A DNA stretch of 64,000 nt from Candidatus Melainabacteria bacterium 17Bon1m (GCA_032128875.1 JAVLKG010000004.1:416001-480000), one strand, 5' to 3'; shown: positions 1 through 9,804, counted from the stretch's first letter. Translations and numbers: made by a program. Notes: a model not told the origin generated them from the letters alone.

Positions 1-154
1 TTAGATCGCGAAAGGACAACGATTATCCAGAGGCAGCAAGCGCCCAACGTGGAGAACGTGGAGTTGGAGTATGGATCGCTAGTGCGGGCAAGTCGTTCCT
101 ACGGTTGTTACGACTAGACCGTCCGCTGTCTACTTATCGACTGCGGTTATTACC

Positions 155-651
155 TTGAAAAACATCCACGAACGCCTCACGGAATTGCTCAATGAGCCTG
201 ATGACGGGTCCTCTCTTTCGCGCGTGGTTGGAGGACATTAACGAAGAGCCTGATATTGAGACTGCCGGACCAGCAGATGAGGAATTGCTTCTGTACTTCT
301 TTCGACAGCACGGAATCCGTCTCAAAGCACTGGCAGACAAAGGACTTCCACGGCGGGTTTTCCAAATCGCACTATATATCTACTCTAGCGAAGCAGAAAG
401 GAGGCTATTGCAGTGCTTATTCTGGTGAGCTTCCTTACAATGTTAAATCAGGAGACTCGATTGATGTGGTTAAGAGAAAATTTGATGTCGCTGGCAACAA
501 GCCAATGGTCACACGATATTTAGATACCACCTCAGTAACTAAATTCCGTTATGGTCTGTGTCCACTGCAAATCAGTTTTTCTTTCAAAAGTGCCGATGGT
601 AAGATGCATAGTGTCAATCTGACCGATTTTAGCAAGCGGTCTGAAACATGA
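155..651 (+). pseudogene. Hypothetical protein gene broken by two apparent frameshifts
   Basis: Three successive frames join into one plausible protein: TTG155 (MKNIHERLTELLNEPDDG), then the ORF 192..428 frame (PLFRAWLEDINEEP...FQIALY), then the ORF 256..651 frame (ISTLAK...YSGELPYNVKSGDS...). The shifts fall at GACGGGTCC (~204) and at the TATATAT run (~373-379). Confidence 0.5.
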
Positions 652-675
652 CGGCAAATATCGGTCGGCTCTCAG

Positions 676-1194
676 GTGAATTTGGATGATATTGGATCTA
701 TGAAGATCGACGATTGGAAACATGCTAGCCGTTCAAATGGCGCAAATTATCACATCTATTGCAAGGATGAAATTCTCGTTCTCCATGCTGCTCAGCCATC
801 AGACCTTCACGATATGGGCGCCGTTAAACAGTTGGCATCACCGACCCTATGCCGAGGGAATCGAATTCGATTTCAAGCAGAAGTGGCGACGAAAGATACT
901 GACGGCGCCGGACTTTGGCTTACCGCCAGTCACCGAGATTGGCACTTAACCGATGGCATGTACGACCGGTTAATCAAAGGTACTTCAGATTGGCAACCAA
1001 TAGCATTGGTGATTGATGTTCCAGCTGACACTACCTACATCAGTTTCGGTGTGTGGATGACGGGCAACGGCGAATGTCGGATTAGAAATCCAAAATTCGA
1101 TCTTGTTGACGAAGCAGTGCCAGTGACCGCAAGCAAAGTTTGGGATCAGGTTGCTTCAAGTCGTTGGGTCGAGCGCCCAGACTTCGAAACATAA
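676..1194 (+). CDS. Hypothetical protein, galactose-binding-like beta-sandwich domain (of the kind seen fused to AraC regulators and esterases); start may be ATG700
   Basis: Motif string RGNRIRF...GAGLWL...DGMYDRLIKGTSDW...IDVP...ISFGVWMTGNG. Confidence 0.6.
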   Translation: MNLDDIGSMKIDDWKHASRSNGANYHIYCKDEILVLHAAQPSDLHDMGAVKQLASPTLCRGNRIRFQAEVATKDTDGAGLWLTASHRDWHLTDGMYDRLIKGTSDWQPIALVIDVPADTTYISFGVWMTGNGECRIRNPKFDLVDEAVPVTASKVWDQVASSRWVERPDFET

Positions 1195-1201
1195 AAACTG
1201 A

Positions 1202-1226
1202 TGAACCCCCGACCTACGGTTTACGA
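1202..1226 (-). other. tRNA-like fragment (anticodon loop to T-loop), possible att-site remnant
   Basis: Minus strand reads TTCGTAA ACCGT AGGTC GGGGG TTCA: anticodon loop (CGT), 3' anticodon stem, variable loop, T stem and start of T loop. The rest of the tRNA is absent. Confidence 0.45.
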
Positions 1227-1490
1227 AGTCATCAGCCTCAATCCTTCTTTCTGGGTGTCACCGAATATGGTGTGTTGCGCGTAATCTAAATCTTTTTCTT
1301 AAAGTGAAATCAAGCACTTTTTGCCGGTCAACCCTTTGGTTCTGGCGGCTGTGGCCCCTTTATTTTCATTGATTTTGTTGGAGTTGAACCGTTTTCTAAA
1401 GTTCCACATATGGGCCACCTTAACCCCCTGCCTCACCCAATAAAATGCTGTGAATGTCTCTGAAAAGCGTATGAGTAACAGCTGTAATAT

Positions 1491-1564
1491 CCCGCCCTGT
1501 AGGACTCGAACCTACGACCTCTTGGTTCGAAGCCAAGCACTCTATCCAGCTGAGCTAAGGGCGG
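1491..1564 (-). tRNA. tRNA-Arg (anticodon UCG)
   Basis: Full cloverleaf: acceptor CCGCCCT/AGGGCGG, D arm GCTC..GAGT, anticodon arm CTTGG-CTTCGAA-CCAAG, T arm GTAGG-TTCGAGT-CCTAC. CCA is not encoded. Confidence 0.95.
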
Positions 1565-1595
1565 ATGATGCGGGATTTATTCCTCGAACTCACTA

Positions 1596-1624
1596 ATGCT
1601 AGCCGTCCGGGGCTCAAGAGTCAA
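1596..1624 (-). promoter_or_regulatory. Sigma70-type promoter of tRNA-Arg
   Basis: TTGACT-N17-TAGCAT on the minus strand, about 30 nt upstream of the tRNA. Confidence 0.7.
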
Positions 1625-2019
1625 GAAAAATCGGCTTTCCCTCGTTTGGTGGGCATCTTTGGTTAATTAGATTCGAGAGTGAAAGCTTACATTTGAACGT
1701 TTTTTTAAATCCGTTCTTTCCTTTGTCGATTTAAGGCGTGCCACCATAAACGGTGGCACACCTTTGTACCTCTTCGAATTTTAGGCGGCAACACATGTGG
1801 CGCCCGCCTTAACCAATTTAGGTATGCGGTCATTTCATTAAGCATTCTTGTTAAATTGATTCATTCTTCAAAGCCAGTCTCCAGGTGCTTTTTAGAGCAC
1901 GTGCATCGAATTAATGTTCGGAATGAAACTTTTGGTTCGTTTTTCGCTCTTACAAAGTTACCAACTGAGCAGACGTTAGTGACAGTGCGAGTAGTCATTT
2001 ATCCGCTCGAGGAGAACGA

Positions 2020-2499
2020 ATGGATGACATTGAGCGCATGCTTGCTGAAAGCGAACAAGCTCGTCAAAAGTTGCGTCAGCAGCTTGAAGAGACAGAGCTT
2101 AGGTTCCAATCTTTGAAGCGAACTGTGGACAGCATTTGCAGTAGAGAAAATGATGTCGAACAGCGCGAGAATCAGGTCTCCATGCGAGAAGAGGAAATAT
2201 CAAAGCGCACGTCAGATCAAGATGCTCGTGAGATATTAATAGCTCGCCGTCAAGATCAGCAAGATATGCGGAACGAGCAGCAAGATCAGCGCGAAGAACG
2301 ACAAGATATGCGCGAAGATTCACAAGATCGCAGAGAGCAGCGACTCAATCGTCGAGAGCTGTGGCTAGATGGTCAACGGCAGCCAGATCGTCCATCGAAT
2401 CTGTCTGGTGATGGTCTGCAGCGTGGTCTGTCATCTAGGAAGGATGGCAACAACCGTGGCAGCAATGGCGGAAACGGCCGAGCCAGTCGCACACAGTGA
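2020..2499 (+). CDS. Charged coiled-coil protein with 7-residue Q-D-x-R-E repeats
   Basis: GAGGAG RBS before the ATG; 21-nt periodic CAAGAT repeats at about 2215-2355. Confidence 0.75.
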   Translation: MDDIERMLAESEQARQKLRQQLEETELRFQSLKRTVDSICSRENDVEQRENQVSMREEEISKRTSDQDAREILIARRQDQQDMRNEQQDQREERQDMREDSQDRREQRLNRRELWLDGQRQPDRPSNLSGDGLQRGLSSRKDGNNRGSNGGNGRASRTQ

Positions 2500-2718
2500 C
2501 GGGAATTTAACTCACTTCAATGTTTCCGAGTAAGCAGAAGCCTCGCTGACTGTCGCGAGCGGATTTAGCGACTTGAGTCGCGAGGCTTTGCTCATCAGCG
2601 GTTGCTTCTCCCGCCTACCTTGTAATACGTAAAACGCACAAAGAAGGTTCAATGGGCATGAGCGTTTGAAGATTAAACTCGCTTCATTTTTTTTGCGTAG
2701 CTGAGACTAAATCTCGTC

Positions 2719-2746
2719 GAAAAAACACCGTTAACCGTCTTTTTTC
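2719..2746. repeat. Dispersed 28-bp palindrome, copy 1 (two mismatches to the perfect copy)
   Basis: GAAAAAACACCGTTAACCGTCTTTTTTC, between convergent genes. Confidence 0.85.
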
Positions 2747-2790
2747 TAGCATTAACATTCGTCATGTTTTTTACAGCTTGAAAACCGACT

Positions 2791-3819
2791 TCAGGAAGCC
2801 GGGTTGCCCGAAGCGAGCGATGTCGTCCTCAGATAAAGGAGTATTTCGAGCATGATCACGTCCATGCGAGTGACTGTTGATCGCAGTTGATGCAGCATCG
2901 CAGTCCGGTCTTCGATCAGCTCAGCCGTGACGCGGTAATTCTGAGTAGAACTGTTTAGCAGTCGCTCTCTGCGCTCACCCATCGCCTTTGGTTTCCTTCG
3001 ATGGATGTGGTGATGTGATATGCAAAGTCCGTTCTGATTCCATTCGTTGACGAGCTTTTCTCTGCGTGTTTCTGCGTTTGGGCGCTGAGACGACGGCGCA
3101 TTCAAAAACTTCCAAACGCAAGCAGGATAGGCTGCCGATGGACCTTTCTGAGGTTCAAACAAGCGTGCCAAAATGTTGGGAATACCCTTCTCGATGCGTT
3201 TTTCACCTTGCTGTTCACGCAATGACATAAGCGCTAATGCTGTTTGAACGGCGCCTTCGACAGTATCGATGGTGTCATAAGCAACATGGTGAACATCTGC
3301 AAGCTGAAGTCCGCCACCAATAATGCCGGTGATACCGCCGCTAATCAAATCTCCGTAAGTATTGAGTTTGAGCGCACGGTCTCTGCGAGCCGCAATCATC
3401 GCGTTGATCGAGTCGGCCTTTGCGATTTCTTCTTCAAGAAAATGGACGAAAGTACGCACATCTTGCGTCACTACCATCACGTTCACAATGAGATTTTGGC
3501 GCGCTTCCAGATAATCTGCGCTGGTCAACTTACCTGCTTCCCTCTGTTGTCGCAAACTATCAACGACTACAAGGGAATCCCACAGCCCAAGTGCCTTTGC
3601 GGTTGATTGCGCTTCGGCAGAAAGGGTGTCAAGGGAGTGCGGTGGCGAACTCTCATCAGGCGCTTTTTCACTTGGATCTTCTGACAAAACTGGCGCCTTT
3701 CCAGATTGCGCAATCTGCTTTTTCGCCTCCAGAGCGAAAACGGGGGGCGCAATACAGGCAAGGCTGACCATCAAGGTGAGCCCGAGCGCCATTGCTGGTT
3801 TTTTAGATCGGTTAAACAC
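2791..3819 (-). CDS. Secreted hypothetical protein
   Basis: 342-aa ORF with an N-terminal signal peptide (...APPVFA-LE) and a consensus promoter upstream. Confidence 0.8.
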   Translation of the reverse strand: MFNRSKKPAMALGLTLMVSLACIAPPVFALEAKKQIAQSGKAPVLSEDPSEKAPDESSPPHSLDTLSAEAQSTAKALGLWDSLVVVDSLRQQREAGKLTSADYLEARQNLIVNVMVVTQDVRTFVHFLEEEIAKADSINAMIAARRDRALKLNTYGDLISGGITGIIGGGLQLADVHHVAYDTIDTVEGAVQTALALMSLREQQGEKRIEKGIPNILARLFEPQKGPSAAYPACVWKFLNAPSSQRPNAETRREKLVNEWNQNGLCISHHHIHRRKPKAMGERRERLLNSSTQNYRVTAELIEDRTAMLHQLRSTVTRMDVIMLEILLYLRTTSLASGNPAS

Positions 3820-3854
3820 TCAGTAAGTTTGCGGAAAGTTCTCTCAAACGCTTG

Positions 3855-3883
3855 ATGCTATGAGCCTTTGAGCCACCTGTCAA
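3855..3883 (-). promoter_or_regulatory. Sigma70-type promoter for 2791..3819
   Basis: TTGACA-N17-TAGCAT on the minus strand. Confidence 0.75.
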
Positions 3884-3964
3884 CTTTTATTTCTATCATC
3901 CCGCCGCCTTCTGTGCCCTTTCGAACTAAGGCAGGTTGCCGAGTATTCGGTTAAAATCAAGCGC

Positions 3965-4747
3965 ATGTGCGGACGCTATACCCTATACCACTCTTCAAAT
4001 GAAATCGTGGACCGATTCCGGACCATGCAGGTCGAGTTCGATCTGGAGCAGCGTTTCAATATTGCGCCTACTCAACTGGTTGCTGTTGTTTCTGAGAAGG
4101 CTGAAGGTGGAGAGACTCTGAGAAGACTTGAGCCCGTGAAATGGGGCTTGGTGCCGTTTTGGGTCAAAGACATCAAGACTTTCAAACCCTTCTTCAATAC
4201 TCGGGTTGAGACTATCGCTGAAAAGCCTTCATTCAAAGCCGCTTTTACTCGCCGCCGCTGCATAATTCCATGCGATGGATTTTACGAGTGGAAGAAAACC
4301 GAAGACGGCAAGGTGCCAATGTTTATCACGCTAAAGGACGGCGGCACATTTGGCATGGCTGGTATTTATGAAACCTGGAGTTCGCCTGATGGCGGTGATT
4401 TGACGACATGCTCGATTATCACGGTGCCTGCGAACAATTTCATGTCAGACATTCACGACCGTATGCCCGCGATCATCAGGCGCGAAGACGAAGATTTCTG
4501 GCTGAATCCTATGGAAGTTAACAACGAACAGTTGCTCAGAGTTCTCAAACCCTATGATGATGCGGAAATGAAAGCGCACCCTGTCTCGTCCATGGTCAAT
4601 TCACCACGAACAGATTCGGTTCGTCTAATCGAAGAGTGCACCATAGAACAAGCATTAGAAAAACCTGTTTCAGCGACGCGAGCCAAAGCTACTGCCAAAA
4701 AGCGTGAAAATAATTTGGTTGATACTGGGCAATTGAAGCTGTTCTAA
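3965..4747 (+). CDS. SOS response-associated peptidase (SRAP/YedK family, abasic-site protection)
   Basis: N-terminal MCGRY, plus GFYEW and IHDRMP motifs. Confidence 0.93.
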   Translation: MCGRYTLYHSSNEIVDRFRTMQVEFDLEQRFNIAPTQLVAVVSEKAEGGETLRRLEPVKWGLVPFWVKDIKTFKPFFNTRVETIAEKPSFKAAFTRRRCIIPCDGFYEWKKTEDGKVPMFITLKDGGTFGMAGIYETWSSPDGGDLTTCSIITVPANNFMSDIHDRMPAIIRREDEDFWLNPMEVNNEQLLRVLKPYDDAEMKAHPVSSMVNSPRTDSVRLIEECTIEQALEKPVSATRAKATAKKRENNLVDTGQLKLF

Positions 4748-4775
4748 TGACGGATGAAATCCGTCGGCGCTAGTA

Positions 4776-5183
4776 TTGCCGCGGTCGAGTGTGAGGAATC
4801 CCAGAGTGAGAATGACGTCCGGAGTGTTGCTGTTTAACCGCAAGCACAACGCCTTGCACGTTTTGCTCGTCTATAACGGCAATAGCTGGAGTATTCCCAA
4901 AGGCGGCATGGAACGCCACGAATCTCGCCGCAAGGCTGCCATTCGTGAATTGGAAGAAGAGACTTCCATCAAAGCACCAAAGAAGCTTGAAGAAATTGGT
5001 TATGTTGATAGAGCGCCGTTCGAGCGTCTGTATTGTTTTGTTGGTGAGGGCAAAGGTAAGCCAAAACCCGCTGATGATGCCGAAATCGCAGATTTCTATC
5101 CACTTAGTCAGGCGAAAAAACTGATAGCAAAGTATCAGCTGCCGCTTCTCGAAATTCTAGGCGCGTTAGAAAACAACTTGTAA
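4776..5183 (+). CDS. NUDIX hydrolase
   Basis: Nudix box GGMERHESRRKAAIRELEEETS, preceded by WSIPKG. Confidence 0.88.
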   Translation: MPRSSVRNPRVRMTSGVLLFNRKHNALHVLLVYNGNSWSIPKGGMERHESRRKAAIRELEEETSIKAPKKLEEIGYVDRAPFERLYCFVGEGKGKPKPADDAEIADFYPLSQAKKLIAKYQLPLLEILGALENNL

Positions 5184-5191
5184 TTGCGTTA

Positions 5192-5246
5192 CGTAGGGCA
5201 GCCGCATGCTGCTCCATGACAGGGAGGCGTATACGCCTCCTTTACG
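5192..5246. repeat. REP-like inverted doublet (CGTA-flanked family), copy 1
   Basis: CGTAGGGCAGCCGCATGCTGCTCC-ATGAC-AGGGAGGCGTATACGCCTCCTTTACG between convergent genes; resembles 33713..33769. Confidence 0.65.
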
Positions 5247-5249
5247 CGT

Positions 5250-7106
5250 TTATTCTATTTGCAGTTTGAACACTACCGGCGATGTTGTCGCCGTTTTGCG
5301 TTTTGAATCGGAAACTATGAATGAAACAGGATAGAGCCCCGGTTTTACCTTATTGGTGTCAAAGGTTATGCGAAAACCGCTGCGCAACAGCTTTTGACGG
5401 CCTAATCCTTTGGAAAGAACTTCAGTTTGTTCGCCGCTCATTCCCTGCATCACGTATTTGTCTCCCAGATTGCAGCAAATATCGGCGGGCGGTCGTGCGT
5501 TTTTCACATCCATCGCCCAACCGCCGAGAATAAAACGAGGGCAGGTTTTGCGATCAATAATGTATGTGTTGCCCTCGTGAGGGCATGGTGTCATGACGGT
5601 GCACTGAAACACCTGGTCCTTAGAATTTGGTAAAGACCTCAGCGGTGCTCGGTCTTCCGAAAAAACACTCCATCGTCGATTTTCCATATCCTTAAGCGTG
5701 GGGATGAGATTTTCTACGTCTGTGTATATTTGCCTCAGGTCATCGTTGTGTTGTTGCTTAAAGGAAAGCATCAAGTATTTGGTGTGTAACTGTTGGTCTT
5801 TGGTGAGTTCGCCAAGTGCGATTGAGTTGGCGAGCCCCGATATGTAGCCTGTGGCAGCCAGAGCAATCGAGAGAATCAGCACAGTCATTCTGAGCCACTT
5901 CAACGAAGTCTGGTCTGAAATTGCAATTAAGTAAGCACCGATAAAATTGAGATTGCTCAACAAGATGTATCGAGGAGCAGTCGCAATAATGCAGGTAAGG
6001 TCATAGGCTTCGCATCGCACCACTGCAATAATTGCTGTTGCGATTGTGGAAAATAGGACAAACGAGGCGCCGAAAAAGAGTAGGTTGGTTTTTCCATTTT
6101 CTCCCTCTGAAACCGGTGTTTGTAGAGTTCTTCGATGTTTGATATTGACGAAGGACAATATGCATGCAGCTGCGATCAACACTAAATGGAAAGAGCCGGT
6201 CACAGGTACGAAGTATCCGTGAATCGCGCTGCCTAAAAGAGTGAGAAAGAAGGTCCCTTTGTGCAGGAGTAGATATGCTGTGTCGTTGACTAGCGTGCTA
6301 TCTGCTCCAAGCGCTATCTTCAGTATCCTGGATGTTTGTGAAGACGCGCCTGGAGCCGTAAAGAAGAGTGTTGCGGCAACGAGAGTCGCAATGGTCCAAA
6401 GTAAGAAGGCGTGTTTCCACTTTGATAATTGAGAGAAAATCGAATCCGAATTATTATTTTGACTTGAATTGCTTACCGAAATTGCTTTTGCTGTAATCGT
6501 TTCAAAGCCTACCAACCAGGCAAGAAAACCGGATGAAAACCCGCCGAATGTTGAACCAAACGCCGCAGTAGCTGCCAGAAGAAGTCCTTTTCGATCTTTC
6601 GAGTCTTGCAGATTCGAAAGCAAATAAAAGCTTGCAATGGCGAACATGAGCGACAGAGTTGCAGTCAGCATAAAACCAAAGAGAAACGATTCCGAGTCTC
6701 GAAGTGAAAAGAGGCACATCGCGGCAACAAGTCCGCATAGTAATACTTTTGTCCGTGACATATGTGCGCGCGCAACCGCAGCCATTATGATTCCGAGACT
6801 CACGAGTTGGCAGAGCCAGCTCGTATACATAAGCGCCATGCTGCTGTAGCTTGTTACGGAGCCGATTGCGTACATCAACAAAACTGCGATCGCGGCACGA
6901 TGTTCATTGTGCGGCTGCATTATTAAGGTATAGTCGAACTTGCCTTGCGCCAGCTTCTCGAATCGCTGCATAAACTCGATGTCGTCAGGGATAAACGCAT
7001 CGACTGCAAAGGTCCTGATAAACCAAAGGGCAATCAAAGGCGGTATGCACGCGAGTAGACCGTAGAGGATCAGCTCGAGCTTTTGACGTAGATTCAAACC
7101 GGACAC
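5250..7106 (-). CDS. Polytopic membrane protein, putative GT-C-fold glycosyltransferase with a C-terminal soluble domain
   Basis: About 11-12 TM segments; first loop carries PDD and PHNEHR; PRY motif later. Confidence 0.6.
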   Translation of the reverse strand: MSGLNLRQKLELILYGLLACIPPLIALWFIRTFAVDAFIPDDIEFMQRFEKLAQGKFDYTLIMQPHNEHRAAIAVLLMYAIGSVTSYSSMALMYTSWLCQLVSLGIIMAAVARAHMSRTKVLLCGLVAAMCLFSLRDSESFLFGFMLTATLSLMFAIASFYLLSNLQDSKDRKGLLLAATAAFGSTFGGFSSGFLAWLVGFETITAKAISVSNSSQNNNSDSIFSQLSKWKHAFLLWTIATLVAATLFFTAPGASSQTSRILKIALGADSTLVNDTAYLLLHKGTFFLTLLGSAIHGYFVPVTGSFHLVLIAAACILSFVNIKHRRTLQTPVSEGENGKTNLLFFGASFVLFSTIATAIIAVVRCEAYDLTCIIATAPRYILLSNLNFIGAYLIAISDQTSLKWLRMTVLILSIALAATGYISGLANSIALGELTKDQQLHTKYLMLSFKQQHNDDLRQIYTDVENLIPTLKDMENRRWSVFSEDRAPLRSLPNSKDQVFQCTVMTPCPHEGNTYIIDRKTCPRFILGGWAMDVKNARPPADICCNLGDKYVMQGMSGEQTEVLSKGLGRQKLLRSGFRITFDTNKVKPGLYPVSFIVSDSKRKTATTSPVVFKLQIE

Positions 7107-7116
7107 CCTGATTTGG

Positions 7117-9804
7117 TTAATCGAGCATCTTCAATTGTTCGATGATGCTGTTTTTCTTGTGTTCCAGCTCAGCGATTTGGTCTTTGATGATTTGTACTTT
7201 CTCCGGCGGCGCCTTCTTTGCGAAATCAAGATTGCCGATGATCTGAGCTTGCTTCGCGAGTTCTTTTTCAGTAGCAGCGAGCTGCTGTTTTAACTTCTCG
7301 CGAGTTTTCTCGATATCAATCGTGCTGCCGAGAGGAATTGCAACTCTGATCGAACCAACTTTGTCCCAAGCAGAGCGCGGTGGCAGTGTGGAAAGCTCAA
7401 AATCAACTTTGCCTGCTTTTGCCAGACGCTTGACGTAGTCAACGTTTGCCTCAAGCAGTTTTTTCTCATCAGCGTTTTCAGCTTGAACGATAACTTCGAC
7501 TTCCGACGACGCTGGGACATTGAACGTCTGGCGAATGTTTCTCACTGAGCGAATAACTTTCATAATCAGACCCATTTCTGCATCTGATTGCTCATTGAAG
7601 AAACGCTCGTCATCACGCGGATACGGCGCGAACATAATCGAATCGTAGTTGTCGAACAACTCTGACTTCGGTGTTCTGCTCCAGAGTTCGTCCGTGATAA
7701 ACGGAGCCGTCGGGTGCATAGCACGCATCAAACCTTCGAATATATTGTGCAGAACTCGTTGAGTTTGCTCTTTCAATTCTGGTTTTGCCATTTGAATCTT
7801 GGCGATTTCGATATACCAGTCGCAATAATGGTCCCATGTGAAATCGTAGATTTCACGGGTCGCATCATGGAAATCATATTCGTTGTACGCATGACCAACG
7901 TTCTTCAACATTGTGTTGAAGCGGTGCAAGATCCATCTGTCTGCCAGTGTCAAAGTTTGCGGATCGATTGGCGCCGGCGTATAGCCTTCCAATTGTGAAA
8001 GCACGAATCGTCCTGCGTTCCACAGCTTGTTTGCAAAGCGTTTGTATTCATCTAGGCGATCCTCGCGGAAGCGAACATCTTGATCGCCTTTGATACCTAC
8101 GGATGCAAACCAAAATCTATTCGCATCGGCGCCGTATTTTTCGATCATATCCAGCGGATCGACTGCATTGCCTTTGGATTTAGACATGCGCTTTCCATCA
8201 GGAGTTTGAATAACCGGGTGAATCAAAACTTCTTTGAAGGGAATTGTTTTCACAAACTTCAAACTGGTGAAAATCATACGGGCTACCCAGAGATTGATAA
8301 TCTCGCGGGCAGTCGACAGAATTGTCGTCGGATAAAACACTTTGAACTCGCGTGTTTCCTCCGGCCAGCCAAGAGTGGCAAACGGCCAAAGCGCTGACGA
8401 AAACCAGGTATCAAGCACATCTTCGTCTTGCGTGAGAGTTTTTGAATCGCACTTACTGCATTGCTCGGGTGCGGTTTCATACGCATCTACGTGTTCGTTT
8501 TCACAAGTCCAAACTGGAATGCGATGCCCCCACCACAATTGACGGCTGATATTCCAGTCGCGGATGTTTTTCATCCAATCTAAATAAGTTGCGGCATAAC
8601 GCTCAGGCACGAACTTGATGCGCTCTTCTTCAACTACTTTGATTGCAGGCTCGGCGAGTTCTTTCATCGAGCAGTACCACTGATCTGAAAGGTATGGCTC
8701 GATAACGGTGTGGCACCGCTCGCAGTGCCCTACGCCATGCTCGTAGTCTTTAATCTCGACCATCAAACCGGCTTCTTCTAGTTCTGCAACTGCTTCTTTG
8801 CGAACAACGAAGCGATCTTTGCCGTGGAAGCGTTCAGGAACGAACTCGTTGGCACACAACTTACCTTCGCTGTCGATAACAATCGGCGCGGATAAATTGT
8901 GGCGCTGACCGACTTCCCAGTCATTGGCATCGTGCGCCGGAGTAATCTTCAAACAACCAGTGCCGAATTCGCGTTCTACATAATTGTCAGCGATGACAGG
9001 AATTTCACGATTGGTGAGCGGAAGTTTTACCATTTTGCCCACGTACTGCTTATAACGATCGTCGGCAGGGTGGACGGCAACTGCAACGTCGCCAAGCAGA
9101 GTTTCTGGTCTGGTCGTGGCGACAGTCAGACTGCCTTCGCCTTCTGTTAGCGGATATTTAATTAGATAAAGATGACCTTTCGTATCTTCGTGCTCGACCT
9201 CCAGGTCCGAAAGGCTGGTCAAGCAGCGCGGGCACCAATTGCAGATGCGATTGCCACGATAGATATAGCCTTCCTTGTATAGGATGCAGAAGGCGCGATA
9301 AATCGCTTTTACATAACTCTCATCCATTGTGAAAGCGATGCGGTCCCAGCTGAAGCTGACGCCCAGCCGACGGTATTGCTGCATGATTGTGTCGCCGTAC
9401 TGTTTGCGCCACTCCCACACCTTTTCAATGAACTTTTCGCGGCCGAGGTCGCGGCGGTTTATCTTTTCCTGTTTAAGTTTTCGCTCAACAACCATCTGCG
9501 TTGAGATGCCGGCGTGGTCCGTACCCGGCTGCCAGAGCACACTGTAGCCTTGCATGCGCTTGAGACGAATCAAAACGTCTTGCAAAGTGCCATTCAGAGC
9601 GTGGCCCATATGAAGATTGCCGGTGATGTTCGGCGGCGGTAGAGCGCACGAGAACACCGGGCGGTCCGGTATGATGTCAAGGTCGAAGACTTCCTTGTCA
9701 AACCACTCTTTGGTCCACTTAGCCTCGACTTCCTTTGGGTTGTAGGCGCCGGAAGTTGAATCAGGTGACATAGATGTTGCTGTCTTTGTGCTCGGGGTGG
9801 ACAT
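7117..9804 (-). CDS. valS: Valine--tRNA ligase
   Basis: PPPNITGNLHMGHA (HIGH-like), DWNISRQLWWGH, RMSKS (KMSKS-like), C-terminal coiled coil. Confidence 0.97.
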   Translation of the reverse strand: MSTPSTKTATSMSPDSTSGAYNPKEVEAKWTKEWFDKEVFDLDIIPDRPVFSCALPPPNITGNLHMGHALNGTLQDVLIRLKRMQGYSVLWQPGTDHAGISTQMVVERKLKQEKINRRDLGREKFIEKVWEWRKQYGDTIMQQYRRLGVSFSWDRIAFTMDESYVKAIYRAFCILYKEGYIYRGNRICNWCPRCLTSLSDLEVEHEDTKGHLYLIKYPLTEGEGSLTVATTRPETLLGDVAVAVHPADDRYKQYVGKMVKLPLTNREIPVIADNYVEREFGTGCLKITPAHDANDWEVGQRHNLSAPIVIDSEGKLCANEFVPERFHGKDRFVVRKEAVAELEEAGLMVEIKDYEHGVGHCERCHTVIEPYLSDQWYCSMKELAEPAIKVVEEERIKFVPERYAATYLDWMKNIRDWNISRQLWWGHRIPVWTCENEHVDAYETAPEQCSKCDSKTLTQDEDVLDTWFSSALWPFATLGWPEETREFKVFYPTTILSTAREIINLWVARMIFTSLKFVKTIPFKEVLIHPVIQTPDGKRMSKSKGNAVDPLDMIEKYGADANRFWFASVGIKGDQDVRFREDRLDEYKRFANKLWNAGRFVLSQLEGYTPAPIDPQTLTLADRWILHRFNTMLKNVGHAYNEYDFHDATREIYDFTWDHYCDWYIEIAKIQMAKPELKEQTQRVLHNIFEGLMRAMHPTAPFITDELWSRTPKSELFDNYDSIMFAPYPRDDERFFNEQSDAEMGLIMKVIRSVRNIRQTFNVPASSEVEVIVQAENADEKKLLEANVDYVKRLAKAGKVDFELSTLPPRSAWDKVGSIRVAIPLGSTIDIEKTREKLKQQLAATEKELAKQAQIIGNLDFAKKAPPEKVQIIKDQIAELEHKKNSIIEQLKMLD

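Noticed and set aside
3820-3964. LexA box upstream of the SRAP gene
   Set aside because: No convincing GAAC-N4-GTTC, CTG-N10-CAG or GTAC-N4-GTWC type site was found.
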